A stretch of 63,826 bases of DNA, filler included, from Trichomonas gallinae (GCA_008369845.1; 3 parts of 3 records of this genome joined end to end with filler, not necessarily neighbours in it), one strand, 5' to 3'. Counted from the whole stretch's first letter, positions 1 through 11,693 are shown. Notes: generated from the letters alone by a model not told the origin. Translations and numbers: made by a program.

Positions 1-102
1 AATCCAGGCGAAACTTATGATTTGTTCAAATTTTGCAAGGATGATGATGATGAATCACGAGAAGAAACGTATAATGCAATCTATAATGCAGTCATTGCTT
101 AA
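1..102 (+). CDS. Probable 3' end of a gene truncated by the window edge (…NPGETYDLFKFCKDDDDESREETYNAIYNAVIA*)
   Basis: Frame 1 is open from base 1 to TAA at 100-102; the stop lies in TAAA (trichomonad poly(A) signal) and AT-rich sequence follows. Confidence 0.45.
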   Translation, partial: NPGETYDLFKFCKDDDDESREETYNAIYNAVIA

Positions 103-524
103 ATAAAAGTTTAATTTTATTTTTATATTCACATACTTATATGAACGAAGATTCCGTATTTTGGTTTTTAATGACAGCTTTCGAAATGATATTTCGTAAT
201 ATATCTTTGCATACAAGCTCCTGAACGATAGCGCAACAATGTCCGACACTCAATCGTAAACATTATCCTAAGACCACATCATGTCTATTATGTTTTCTTT
301 ATGACATGCCTGATTTCTTTTAAGGATGTTTATGGCATTACTTGCTGTAATACTGAAAAAGTTGTTATAGCACATTGTTGTAAATCATATGCAAAATTAG
401 TTGTGATCTAAATGATGCAAAGCATATCATCACAATCCTTGGGACTAAAACTACGGAGAAACCCTATATCAATAAGATTTTAATAATGAGATGTCAAAGC
501 AATTATATTTATATTGCTGTGCTA

Positions 525-650
525 TAACACCTGGTTTATTTATTCATCCCCTAAAATAAAAATTTCAATAATCCCTTTTAAAAAATGTCAGGCCCTAAAA
601 TATAATTAAAGTTCTAACCCCTGGTTTAATTTTTCATGCCCTGAAATTAA
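525..650. repeat. Degenerate direct repeat (36-bp copies at 525 and 615, with a weaker copy between)
   Basis: TAACACCTGGTTTATTTATTCATCCCCTAAAATAAA vs TAACCCCTGGTTTAATTTTTCATGCCCTGAAATTAA: 30/36 identical, 90 bp apart. Confidence 0.5.
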
Positions 651-697
651 TTATACAAAAGTGACGAATTTAAAAACGGTATTTTTTTATTTTTAAT

Positions 698-805
698 ATG
701 AGAACGCAGCGTTCATATCATCACACAATCAAAGTCATCGAGATCATCCTCATTTTGATCATTTTCTATATGTTGATTCGCGTTACTTGGGCTGTTGCCG
801 AATAA
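698..805 (+). CDS. Candidate 35-aa single-pass membrane microprotein (MRTQRSYHHTIKVIEIILILIIFYMLIRVTWAVAE)
   Basis: Below the ORF-track cutoff. More GC-rich than flanks, AAAGTGAC motif at 658-665, hydrophobic core, stop in TAAA context. Confidence 0.45.
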   Translation: MRTQRSYHHTIKVIEIILILIIFYMLIRVTWAVAE

Positions 806-1214
806 ATATTAGAGAATTTTAAAAATAGAAAAATTACTATATCGAGAGAAGCTTCCCAAATTATCGCAATGTTCTATACTTGTATTTGTTTTACTAAATT
901 ATCTACAGTTTCAATTCTTTTTCTATATTTTTATCAACAAAATATTTGAAATACTATTTTAACAAATGATATATATATAACTGAGCTTCAAAAAGAGCAA
1001 AACAAAATTATCATAATAGTTATGAATGTTTTATTTAGAAATATTTTCTTTTCATCCAAATATATGAGAAATAACAGCTTTTAAGACATATATTATGGGT
1101 TTTTTAATGAGATGGATAGGATATAATGTCATAAAAAGATTATAGAGTTATAATTATTCAAACAATCTATTGATTTATATATAACACAAAAATAAACAAA
1201 TATAATCAATCTAT

Positions 1215-2009
1215 TCATTGGGCTGGGAATCTAACAACTAGTTTTTCTGGAACATCCTCAACAAATGGGGGATTTCCATCAAATTTAAGACGATATTTAC
1301 CAGGAATTCCAGAAGGAGCAGTTATGACAACAGCAGGGTAGAAAACAGAAGTAAATGTTCCATATTCGGGCCAAGCAGCCAAAACTTTTGTTTTCACCTG
1401 AAATGTTGTTGTTTTTGTTCTTCTTGCCGGCTGGAATTGCGGGAGCGGGTTGATTTCTTTATATGGGATCATAAATTCCTGTGGTGTGTCGCTCTCTGGG
1501 TCTCCATCGCAGCAATAATAACAAAGTGTGTCTGGATCAAAACCGAGGACAACAGCAACGCAATAAATGGTATCTCCGTTTGCGTCTTTGTTTGCAACAA
1601 CGACATATGAATTGTTTGGCAATATTTTATCATTCGGCCAAGGAAATGAGCCTGTAAGCGGAACATATGGAGCAGCCTGTGTAGGAAGATTCGGTGACTG
1701 CGAGTATTTGGCAAAATTCTCTTGAAGTTTTTTCGCTGGTGGAATTTCTAAACGTTTTACTCCGCTTTCGCGTTCTGCGATCATTCTCTCGACAGCGAGG
1801 AACATATCGACAATTTTCTTCGTTTCAATCTGAATGTTCTTTTGAGATTCGTCGTAAAAATTTGAAAATAGAGTAAATCCCTCCGGAGAATAGTTTTCTA
1901 TCAAGTTTTTGGCTTTGGTGTCTAATATTTCCTGATTATCTTGTATTTCAGCAGCACGAGTAACAATGTCGTACATCATTTTCGTTAGTTCTGGTTTGTC
2001 GTCACTCAT
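1215..2009 (-). CDS. SGF29: SAGA-associated factor 29-like protein (tandem Tudor, H3K4me reader)
   Basis: N-terminal helical region plus C-terminal D-P-E and 'KVLAAWP..TSVFYPAVV...P...Y.LKFDG', typical of SGF29 Tudor domains. Start at 2009 (Inr-like TCA upstream) preferred to 2018. Confidence 0.8.
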   Translation of the reverse strand: MSDDKPELTKMMYDIVTRAAEIQDNQEILDTKAKNLIENYSPEGFTLFSNFYDESQKNIQIETKKIVDMFLAVERMIAERESGVKRLEIPPAKKLQENFAKYSQSPNLPTQAAPYVPLTGSFPWPNDKILPNNSYVVVANKDANGDTIYCVAVVLGFDPDTLCYYCCDGDPESDTPQEFMIPYKEINPLPQFQPARRTKTTTFQVKTKVLAAWPEYGTFTSVFYPAVVITAPSGIPGKYRLKFDGNPPFVEDVPEKLVVRFPAQ

Positions 2010-2930
2010 TCGAAACATGATTAAGGTTAATTTAGAAAGTGCTCAAATTTCCTCGGTACTCAAACCACAAAACATGCTCTTTATAATAATTATATATTTC
2101 GTATTTTTATTTGACAAAACGAAAGATTTAAAATTTCAATATTTCTTTATTTCATTTTCAGTCTTTATTAGTATTTGGGAAATCTTCATCATCTTCTATA
2201 CTTTTGATATGATTATATATTTTTCTCTTATTCACAATAGAATGCTTGATTGATTGAATTTTTATTTAAACTTCATTCAAACGAGATTGGTTCATTTAAT
2301 TATAATTTAATCTTCTATGAGGATGCATTTATCATATGTATTTTAATTGTATTTAGTTTGATTTATTATAATACTAATCAAAGATTTCAAGCATGCATAT
2401 ATGATATTGTGTATTATGAATATAATAATGTTGTTGATGTGAATGTGTACAATCTATTTGTTACTAATTCGTATATATCTAGCTATGCTATCAAACATCA
2501 ACAAAAATACATCCATGAACAAAGAACAATTAATTTGTTAGAAACACTTGAATATGTTATTATATAACAAAGGAAAGTTTATTTTTGAATTAAAACAATC
2601 CGAATACAAAATAAAAAAAATATGAAAAAATAATTTAGAAAAGAAACACTTGAATATGTCATAAAATGCATTTAATAATGAATAAAAGTATAATATTACA
2701 ATTGCATAAAATGGAATCAAAATCAAAAAATCCGAAAAATATAGGAAATAAATTTGATGGAAGTTTATGAGTAAAAAGTGAGATATAGACAGTAGTAATA
2801 TGAATTTTCTTAAAATTTCAAATCATGAAATTAATTTTTCGAAAACTAGCTAAAATCAATTTTTGTTATACAGATATGGTATATTTTCGCGTAAACTGCA
2901 AGAAAATGAATGATTTCGTTTTAGAAATTC

Positions 2931-4511
2931 ATGAAGCCGACGAAGCCATCAACGAAGCCTACAAAGAAGGAGGCCCCAGTTGACGTAACATCATCGCTCG
3001 GCTTCATCAAGGAGAAGATTCCGCACCCTTCCGCTGTCCCTCTAAACAGATGGGCGTTAGAATTATTTTTCGAATTTCAAAGATCTGATTCTATTAACGT
3101 TTTATATACATCAGATCACTTAGAACACGGTTTCGTTGTAATTGCAAATGCTTCAAAGACCCCTGAGCTAGCAGATCTTTCGAAAATTTTAGATCAGTGC
3201 TTTATCTTCGTTTATTCGGACATACTCGTCAGCGATGGCAAGAAGCGCGCAAATGAATTCTTCCAGCGTCAAAACAAATTCACAAGCACGAAAATTCGCG
3301 AAGAATTAAATTTTTTATTAACGGAAGTTGAGCCACAAAACATAGATTCGATACCAGAAATACTCGAAAATAACCTCAAGCCGACACCCAATGACTTTCA
3401 ACCCGAATTTTACACGAATTTGGACAAATTTGCAAATGAATGCAAAGTTTCTGGCGCAGTTTTCCTTCTTCGTCGCTTTTTCCATAACAGGATTCCTCAA
3501 TCTACAATATTACACCAGACAAATTCGGGATACAACAGACCTTTAGACCAAATTTTCAGATCAGACAGAAGAAAGCCATATTTCGATGAATTAAAGGACG
3601 AATCTACATACAGCATCGCGCAGATGCAAAATAAGAAAACAATTCCGAACAAACAATGTCTTCCTTCATTAACTACTCTAACTGTGCCAGAATTCGCTCA
3701 AACAGTTGCGTCTAATACTATATCAGGTATAACAGTATTTTCTGTTGACCAGCAGCTGTTTTTATTCAAATCTGGTGAAAAAGCAAAAATTATTTTCACT
3801 TCTGAAGAAGATATATCAGCAGTCACATTATCAACAGGTGGAGACTACGCAATTGTTGGTGATATCGTTGGAAATATTGTTATGATTAACACAAAAACAC
3901 AAGAAACACAAAAATTCCAAAATTTATCATCTATGATCTCTTCTGTTTCGTTTACGCCTATGCTTGATACGCAGTTCGCGGTAGGAACGTTGGCTGGTTA
4001 TGTTGTTGTTTATTCTACAACGCAATTCAAGCCAATTAGAATATTTACTGGACATCAATCTGGAATTACGTTTGTTCGTGTTCATCCAAGCGGAGAATAC
4101 GTAGCAAGTGGCTCTTATGACGGAATTGTTCGCTTTTGGTCATTAACTCTTGCTATTTGCGTTAGAATATTTAATGTCGGAAATAAAATCCCGGTTTCCA
4201 GCAGATTTAGTCACAATGGTGAAATTCTGATGGTTGTATGTTCCAAAGGAGTTGTTTTTATCTTGAATCTTGGAACTGGACAAATTGTTAAACAGATTCC
4301 AATTGAAGCTCATCTTGTTGATGCGGCTTTCTCAGAGAATGATACATATATAGCAATTGCTGATAACACAGGAGGATTTTCGTTCTGGGATTCAGCAAAT
4401 CTTGGTGGAGATCCTTTATTATCGTTACAAACTGACGGAATTGTTACATTCAATGTTAACTTTATAGGAATGAATGAAATACGGCTCATTGGACTTCAAA
4501 AATCTTATTAA
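2931..4511 (+). CDS. TAF5: TAF5/TAF5L-like WD40 protein (TFIID/SAGA subunit)
   Basis: NTD2-like segment (FIFVYSDILVSDGKKRANEFF) and WD40 repeats with 'IRIFTGHQSGITFVRVHPSGEYVASGSYDGIVRFW...CVRIF'. Confidence 0.7.
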   Translation: MKPTKPSTKPTKKEAPVDVTSSLGFIKEKIPHPSAVPLNRWALELFFEFQRSDSINVLYTSDHLEHGFVVIANASKTPELADLSKILDQCFIFVYSDILVSDGKKRANEFFQRQNKFTSTKIREELNFLLTEVEPQNIDSIPEILENNLKPTPNDFQPEFYTNLDKFANECKVSGAVFLLRRFFHNRIPQSTILHQTNSGYNRPLDQIFRSDRRKPYFDELKDESTYSIAQMQNKKTIPNKQCLPSLTTLTVPEFAQTVASNTISGITVFSVDQQLFLFKSGEKAKIIFTSEEDISAVTLSTGGDYAIVGDIVGNIVMINTKTQETQKFQNLSSMISSVSFTPMLDTQFAVGTLAGYVVVYSTTQFKPIRIFTGHQSGITFVRVHPSGEYVASGSYDGIVRFWSLTLAICVRIFNVGNKIPVSSRFSHNGEILMVVCSKGVVFILNLGTGQIVKQIPIEAHLVDAAFSENDTYIAIADNTGGFSFWDSANLGGDPLLSLQTDGIVTFNVNFIGMNEIRLIGLQKSY

Positions 4512-4665
4512 TAAAATGTTATTTTTCTTTATACTATAAATCAAGCCTTCTTTTAAACACCAGTGAACTTCCATTAAATAGTATAGTATTATTTCATTAT
4601 AAAATTAGTTATAAAATTGATATTAAAATTAAATTAAACTCATAATATTATCCTTCTAAAACATA

Positions 4666-4950
4666 TTATTGACATATCTTGTGATTTGCGTTGATATCGA
4701 TTCCAGGTACTGTGAAAATGAAAATGAATTTGACAACTCCATGATAACCTTCCCATGAAGCATAAATCAAAGCTATATTGTTCCTATTTATTGTTTCATT
4801 GACAAATATTTCAGGAAATATGAGAAGGAATTTTGCGATTTCAAGGTGATCTTTTTTTGAAGCCCGATACAAAGCTGATTAACTATTAAAGCATTTTGCG
4901 TTAACATTTATTCCAGGAACTGTGAGAAGGAATTTGATAACCTCATGATA
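4666..4950 (-). pseudogene. Ankyrin-repeat gene fragment
   Basis: Repeats such as 'ALIYASWEGYHGVVKF..TVPGIDINA' and 'DHLEIAKFLLIFPEI'; no ATG start, truncated. Confidence 0.7.
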
Positions 4951-5079
4951 TAAAATAAAGCTCAGATTTGTAAGAATGCATTTATAATTTTACAAAAAAA
5001 CAAATTGCATGACATCATTTCCAGAAAAGCGAAAAACCAAAGACGTATCAACTATAGAGATTTATTAGAATATTAAATA

Positions 5080-7221
5080 TTAAAATGCGTTGACAAGAGC
5101 ATCAATAAGTCTTGTCCACATGAGCAGTGCTTCTTCATCCTTAGAAACGAGCTGTACGATCTCGTTTTCAAGCTCGCCCCATAATTCTCTGTCATTTTTG
5201 TCGAGAAGCGCGACAAAATTGTTCTTCTTCATCAGCATCGCGATGCATTTCAGTATTGTAGATATAATGCCTGGCTCAACACAAACCTTGAGGACGCCTG
5301 GAATGAGGGATGATTCTGCGCCAGCAAGTTTTTTGAGCTCGTCGAGTTGTTCTAATATTTTCGTGATGTAGAAGAATCTTTTTGTGAACGGCTGGATTTT
5401 GACGTTCGTAAAAGTACTGGCAATCTCAAAGAACTTCTTGTTGAGAAACAACTTTCTTGACTGGTTCTCGTTTTTGATGAATGGCGTTGGCAGTTTTGTG
5501 GCGGAAAGTGAAGCGACTTCTGTGAATTTCACTTCCAAGTCATTTAAGTCTCCCTTCAGTCTGCTCGCTGAAATCATTGCCATTAGAGACTCTGCGCGAG
5601 CAGCGAAGAAGATGATGCAGTCGCGTTGGTTGTCGAGCAAATTGAATTTCTTTAAGAATGATGCCGATGAATTGATGACTTCACTATGGTCGGAATTCGC
5701 CAAAAATGCGTCAATAAGATTCTCCGCGTGAACTGCGAGAGAGTCACTGAGCGCACGCTCAACAGTCGAAAGGAACTGCTTGAGAAGATCGATGCATAAC
5801 TTGCGCTCAATTATCGACTCGAAATCTTCTGATGCGTCAAACATTTCGTCGTAATTAGTTTCGCGAATATATTCTTCGAACGTCAAGGTATTATTATTAC
5901 GCCCGCCGCAATTTGAGCATTCATCGAAACGGACTCCGTTTGCCAGCTTCTCCTTGCATGCTGGGCATAGCTTCGTCTGATCTAGTTCTTTGTCATTCAA
6001 AAGATTTTGCGGGAAGTTTGTAAATTTCTTTGAAGCAAAATAGTTCTTCATGTAGGAAAAGCGAGGAATGAGTGCATTGTGTGTCTTAATACGCTCACCT
6101 TCGAAGAAAATCTTGCCGCCGATGGCTGAAACTGGATGCAAAGGAAGACATGGATTTACTCGGATTAAAAATGGCGAATATCCGCTCATTGCCAGTGGCA
6201 TGTCATTGCCCACGGCTTCAAGGCTCTTGGAAACTGCGCCAATTGATCTGATAATTGTTGATAAGATTGATCCATCGAGTGACGTGACAAGAAGATCGAT
6301 GTGCTTCTGTCCGAAGTCGCCAAACATTGATGGTATGTCAATGAGTGAATTTGATTTGAGTAGTTCCTCGAAATCGCTTTTATCGGCTGTTGTAAGTAAA
6401 TATTCGCAAATTGTGTTGAATGTACGGATGTGGCTTGAATAAGCTGATGACTTGAGATATCCTGATACTTCTGGTTGTATGAATTGGGAAACAAAGAACT
6501 CGTAGATATCATGACGAGAATATTTGTTGTTGAACATCAAAATGAGTAAGTTAAGATGTGTCTTTGGCAATAAATTGAGGTATTTGATAATAATATCGTG
6601 TAAATTGTCGGAAATTTCGCTAATAATCGGACCAAGAGTTTCAGAAGTAAGAATTTGCATGTTTTTGCAGAATAACTCGATCAGTGATTCGGAAACAGAC
6701 TCGATATAGCGAAACGTTGTCGCGTTTCGGAAGAATGGGACAACAGTCGTGAAAAATACTCTGTGCTGAGCTTTTTGGAGCAGCTGGCAGTAAAATCTGT
6801 ATCCGAAGGCTATATGCTCGTACGACGAGAAGTATCCGAAAATAGATGGGATTGTCGAATAATGGAAAGATGCGAGATTTGAAGAATCGAAAATGTTTGA
6901 CGCGGATATGGTAAGTGTGACTAAATCTGATGGATTATTCAGCAAATGATCGTAAATCTTCGCAAGAAAATTTTTAATTTCTGGATTCGCTTCGTATGGG
7001 TTGCTATTTATGTCCTGATCGATAAAATCGTAGAATTCATCCTTGTTTGATGGATAAAAATGCGGATATATCTCATTGTTATATAAATGAAGTAAAATAA
7101 TTTGCCTCTGCTTCTTCATAATCATATTCTTGACTTCAGTGAGCTCCTGGATAGTGTTAATTTTCAATGAGTTGATATTGAAAGGAACCAAATCTTTTAA
7201 TTTCGAGTATTCGGATTCCAT
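5080..7221 (-). CDS. Hypothetical helical protein (~713 aa) with an internal CxxC...CxxC motif
   Basis: Long ORF with coding-like composition. Start MESEYSKL (7221) preferred because the upstream extension is AT-rich promoter-like sequence. Confidence 0.8.
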   Translation of the reverse strand: MESEYSKLKDLVPFNINSLKINTIQELTEVKNMIMKKQRQIILLHLYNNEIYPHFYPSNKDEFYDFIDQDINSNPYEANPEIKNFLAKIYDHLLNNPSDLVTLTISASNIFDSSNLASFHYSTIPSIFGYFSSYEHIAFGYRFYCQLLQKAQHRVFFTTVVPFFRNATTFRYIESVSESLIELFCKNMQILTSETLGPIISEISDNLHDIIIKYLNLLPKTHLNLLILMFNNKYSRHDIYEFFVSQFIQPEVSGYLKSSAYSSHIRTFNTICEYLLTTADKSDFEELLKSNSLIDIPSMFGDFGQKHIDLLVTSLDGSILSTIIRSIGAVSKSLEAVGNDMPLAMSGYSPFLIRVNPCLPLHPVSAIGGKIFFEGERIKTHNALIPRFSYMKNYFASKKFTNFPQNLLNDKELDQTKLCPACKEKLANGVRFDECSNCGGRNNNTLTFEEYIRETNYDEMFDASEDFESIIERKLCIDLLKQFLSTVERALSDSLAVHAENLIDAFLANSDHSEVINSSASFLKKFNLLDNQRDCIIFFAARAESLMAMISASRLKGDLNDLEVKFTEVASLSATKLPTPFIKNENQSRKLFLNKKFFEIASTFTNVKIQPFTKRFFYITKILEQLDELKKLAGAESSLIPGVLKVCVEPGIISTILKCIAMLMKKNNFVALLDKNDRELWGELENEIVQLVSKDEEALLMWTRLIDALVNAF

Positions 7222-7892
7222 ATTAAATATTTTATTAAATTTTTGACACAAATAACAGTAATATAATGACATTTCTACAGATAAAAACAAAAAAATCAGA
7301 CAGAAATATTTTTTTGACATTTTGGCAGGAGATCCAAAAAAATTTGACAATTGGCAAAATTTTATAAAAACATAATAAAGCATTTATACAGAGTGGAGAA
7401 GCTCATAGATCGGCATAAAAAATTGTGGAGAAAATGAATATAATACAAAAATTACTTTCTTTATGATATTAAGCATGATTGTAAATAACATTATCTTTTT
7501 TGTTTTCATTCATCTTATCAAGAGGAACATAGCTATAGCAGCTAATTTATGCGATTCTGGTTGGTATTTTCCTGATTATTCAAATTTTCAAATATGTTTG
7601 CGTTTTATCTCTATTTTTCATATGTAACCAAACTTGTATTTGCATAAATAGCTATTTTGCAGAGTTTTAAGTTTCTAAAAAAAAGTATAATAAAATCATT
7701 GCATATTAAGCTTTTTAGCATAGCTCTGGTTTATATTTTACAAAAACATTGTGTTAGAATCAGTTTCAATAGCAAATTTACTGCTTTGCAATATTCTTTG
7801 AAAAAATACCATTTTCACCATTCATTGTTATTTCGGCTACATAAAAATGGCTATTTCATTAAATAAACAGATAAGATAAGTCATTTTATAAA

Positions 7893-9125
7893 ATGGATAT
7901 ATATAAGCGTCAACACAAAAGAATGAGAGGAGGCTGGGATGTTGGCCCTGATGAATTCAAATCACTTGGTTTTACTATTGGCCTGCCTCCTAATATATAT
8001 ATCCCGCAAACAAAGCAAATATCAGATCTCAGTCAAAGATTTGAGGATTGTGATGAACAATTCGCTTCATACGATAGTAATTTCGCAATACAAGAAAGAG
8101 CAGCCTTGTTTGAAGCCGGAAAAATCGTTCGTTGTTTTGTGAATTCGCTCCCTCCTAATATAACAGAAGCAAAGCTCAAGCAAATCATCAACCAGACATT
8201 ATACAAAAAGAATTTAACGTCGCAACCTGAGGTTGTGCATCGAGTTTCGATTAACCCGCAAGGACAATTCGCATTCGTTGACTTTGAGAAGGCGAGAGAC
8301 GCTGAAAGATTCGTGGAACTCAAAGATTCGTTCATTATTGATGGTTTTACACTTAAAATTCGCAAATCAACAATGGCTACTACTACAGATACAAGTTTTC
8401 TTTCACAACCAGAGCATTTAAACAGTTTTATTGTCTACGATAAAGCATTCTGCAATCCAGAAATGGAAGCACAGAACTTACAAGAAATTAAAAATATTGT
8501 ATCTTTATACGCAAACGTTGATAAAGTGCAAATGCCGAAAATTAATAATATACTTCTTGGTTATGTAATAGTTGACCTCTTTAATCCGGATTTAACTGAT
8601 ATTGTTATCTTGAAATTAAGAATTTGTCATAATCTATCAGCTAGACGTTGTTTTGCTAAGTCAGGTGAATATCCAAGAGATAGAAATGATGTTTTGAACA
8701 AAATTTCATATGCAAATCTAAAGAATTCACGTGATGATAAAAATTATTCGATTTATCCAAGCAAAGAGATGACTGTTGCAGATATATTTAATTTAGATGT
8801 AGATATTTCTACACTCGATAAGACAACGCCGGAAACAAATGCAAAATTCTTGAAAATATATAATGTGCTGAAAAGCTCAAATCCTGATGAAATTACAACA
8901 GTTGTTAATGATATGAAGGAAGAATGCGAGAAGTATGGCAAGGTTATTAATGCTTATGCAGATGTTACTTTTCCAAAATTAGCAAATATAATTCCAACTC
9001 CAATTATTATAGAATTTGACGATAATGTTTCAGCTAGAACTGCTCAGAAATCAATATCAGGTCTCCAATACTGCGGAAGAACAGTTATTACTTGTATCGA
9101 AAATCCAATTGTTGTTGTTAAATAA
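7893..9125 (+). CDS. U2AF large subunit (U2AF65)-like RRM protein
   Basis: Basic-Trp ULM (KRMRGGWD), RRM1 with RNP2 (CFVNSLP) and RNP1 (GQFAFVDF), C-terminal UHM (DMKEECEKYGKV...GLQYCGRTVIT). Confidence 0.75.
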   Translation: MDIYKRQHKRMRGGWDVGPDEFKSLGFTIGLPPNIYIPQTKQISDLSQRFEDCDEQFASYDSNFAIQERAALFEAGKIVRCFVNSLPPNITEAKLKQIINQTLYKKNLTSQPEVVHRVSINPQGQFAFVDFEKARDAERFVELKDSFIIDGFTLKIRKSTMATTTDTSFLSQPEHLNSFIVYDKAFCNPEMEAQNLQEIKNIVSLYANVDKVQMPKINNILLGYVIVDLFNPDLTDIVILKLRICHNLSARRCFAKSGEYPRDRNDVLNKISYANLKNSRDDKNYSIYPSKEMTVADIFNLDVDISTLDKTTPETNAKFLKIYNVLKSSNPDEITTVVNDMKEECEKYGKVINAYADVTFPKLANIIPTPIIIEFDDNVSARTAQKSISGLQYCGRTVITCIENPIVVVK

Positions 9126-9298
9126 ATTGTTTGTACTATCTCAATATACTCTACTTTTACTCACAATTTCCATAATTCTTCATTAAAAAATATTCAAAAA
9201 TGAAATTTATGCGAGAATATGAATAAATATGTTATTATTTATAATATTTATCTTCATTCTATTGTAAAAATCTATTGATTCATTCCTATTTCTAATAT

Positions 9299-10345
9299 TT
9301 ATATTGAATTTAATAATTTTATGTCGTGCTTTATTTTATCAGTGGATATATAATATGTAGCGAAAAATAAAGGTATATTTAATGTATTCCGAACACAAAA
9401 CAGATTATTATCCACGACAACCACAAGACTTGTGTATACATAAGCATTAACAGCATCATAATCATGTAATGTAAATGCAACATTTGAACCAGTTGTATTA
9501 TCTGGAGATAAACATCTTGAATGTCCACTGATGTATGAACTTCCTCCAGCAGCAGAAGTCACTGAATACCAATTTTTGGATTCAGTCTAATATTAACAGC
9601 TCCTCTATAACCAGTCCCACTGCCGCCAGTCAAGCCTCCACCTCCACAGCACTTGTATGTGACGTAAACGGAGAAGTCCTGACAATCGTGGTCTTTTCCT
9701 AAAACTCCTCTTGTTTGAGCTCCTCCCAGTGTCTTATTTGTTGTATATGCGGCCTGCAAAGCACCACCATAGCTTCCAAATGCGTTCATTTATGTCATCA
9801 GCTGTTGGTTAGCACTAGAACAGCCACCACCTCCAGAGTCAGCAACAATGATTATGCTTTTGATGGATTTTTTGAGCTCGTTATAATCGTAAAGATTAGG
9901 ATTGATATTGATGTCGTAATAATCGAGTCTAATGTCAACACCACCCCCGCTATCTGCGGAGTTCTCTGGATAGTCCCAGTCGTACAAGTCAAGGCCGCCA
10001 TTTCTTCCAAAATTCCATCCGCCTCTCGATTTTGGAGTAATTGCGTGCTGCCACTAACCAGCACCACCAATGTATATATATAATGTTGTGGGCGCTTCTA
10101 TATCTATGTCACCTCTGGTGTAGGCCCCTCTTCCTCCTGAATGCAGTCTCATCTCTTTCTTGTTCCATTCTCTAGAGTGGCCACCTTCAGCGCCCCAAAG
10201 TTCTATCCTATACTTGCCTCTTTGAAGCGTTGTCCTTGCAAGGGTAATGAAACACCATTCTCTCGCGGTTCTCTGGGATTTTATATGTTGCGAACTTGTC
10301 TACAACACTAAAGTTGATGAAAGAACTGATTCCCTTCTTCTTGTT
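9299..10345 (-). pseudogene. Glycine-rich (ALK/LTK-like GR domain) family pseudogene
   Basis: Pieces lie in different frames: 'FHYPC', 'TLQRGKYRIELWGAEGG', 'GGRGAYTRGDI', 'SGGGVDIRL', 'IIVADSGGGG', 'AAGGSSYISGHSRC'. Multiple frameshifts and stops. Confidence 0.8.
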
Positions 10346-11693
10346 TAATGTAAAAATTGAATGGAAGATAATTTTCAAATTTTTGGGAATTATTATGCAT
10401 ATATGTGACCTATAGATTATATATTTTGAATTTGGAGGCTAAATTCCGAATTTTTCCAATTTCAAAGACATTTTCTTCATTGAAAAACAACCATTTTAAA
10501 ATTTTATCATATGCAAAGAGACTATGCCAATATCTAGTTAATGCAATCGAATTCATTACAATTTTTTGAAAGATCGTAAAAAGAATTGAATTGAAAATGC
10601 ATTGAAAATATTGCAGATTCAAAATTTCTTCGTGCGAATCTTGTATATAAGCATGTTACCGTCTAAACTGTTCTAAACGATTTGAATACTTCTAAACAGA
10701 ATTGAAACAGTTTTACGTCACAATAAACTCATTATAAAGCAATGATTTACTATGAATGTTTATGAAATTGTCGTATTAACAGCCTTCAAACTGACACACT
10801 TTTGGTTTTTTTATAAGATAAATCCTCTAATAATATCATGAGTTTTTAGTTGACAAAAAGTCTGTGAAAAAAGAAAATTTTACAGTAATTTTTACAGCAT
10901 TGAGCGAACTAAGATAAAACTGATGCAGCCAATTTTTGGAGTTAAAGGGGAGATAAAGAGCCAGCATGTTATAAAACAAAATGATTTTAGCCTCCAGAAA
11001 ATAGAATGAAATAAGGTTAGATATGCAAAGGTGACTTTGACTCATATACTAGGCTTGTTAACCATATGCAGCTAAAATGAATTTTGTTGTTAATAATCAA
11101 ATTGCAGCAATTCAAAAATTGAATTATTACAATAATATTATCATCAATGCAATATAAAATAGTGATATGATATAAATAATTCATAGAAACATGTTGAAGT
11201 CAGTAGATTTCAAGATTTCTGAATTAAATATAAGTCAAATCAAGATATAAAGAAATTTTGCTTATGTGTTATAACTATTTATGAGGTACTAAAGTATATT
11301 ATCATTACAAAATGAGTCAATAATGAAATTGGTTTAAATCATTAAAACTTATATTGATAGATAAACAAACTAATCATTAATAGTTATTAAGATACGTAGT
11401 GAGAAAAAGGGCACTCACCAATAAAATAAACAATCATAAAGGAAAAAAATTGACTGAGATTTGCCATGCATATTGTCAAATAAGTGTCAATTTGTCACAT
11501 CATTTTCTAACTGACTTTAAAAAAAAATTCCACCAACCAACATATTAAAGCGAAAATTATTTTTGAGAATTCCTATGTATAATTGGTGTATTGTCAGTTG
11601 ACTCAATTTTAGAAAATTGAGAAAACAGATCATAACCGTCGCGCTATCATTAAATCTTTTGGCGAGGTTTTCAGTTCATTTTGATTAGTTTGA

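Noticed and set aside
1966..2726. AT-rich ORFs between SGF29 and the TAF5-like gene (similar ones at 7657, 10410, 10836, 32554, 50166)
   Set aside because: Ile/Phe/Tyr/Asn-rich translations typical of intergenic DNA; no recognisable domain.
5090..6709. Numerous 60-200 aa antisense or alternate-frame ORFs over long genes (also within 24.4-27.7 kb, 28.6-32.5 kb, 39.5-46.4 kb and 50.6-55.3 kb)
   Set aside because: Shadow ORFs arising from codon bias; no motifs, and often non-ATG starts.
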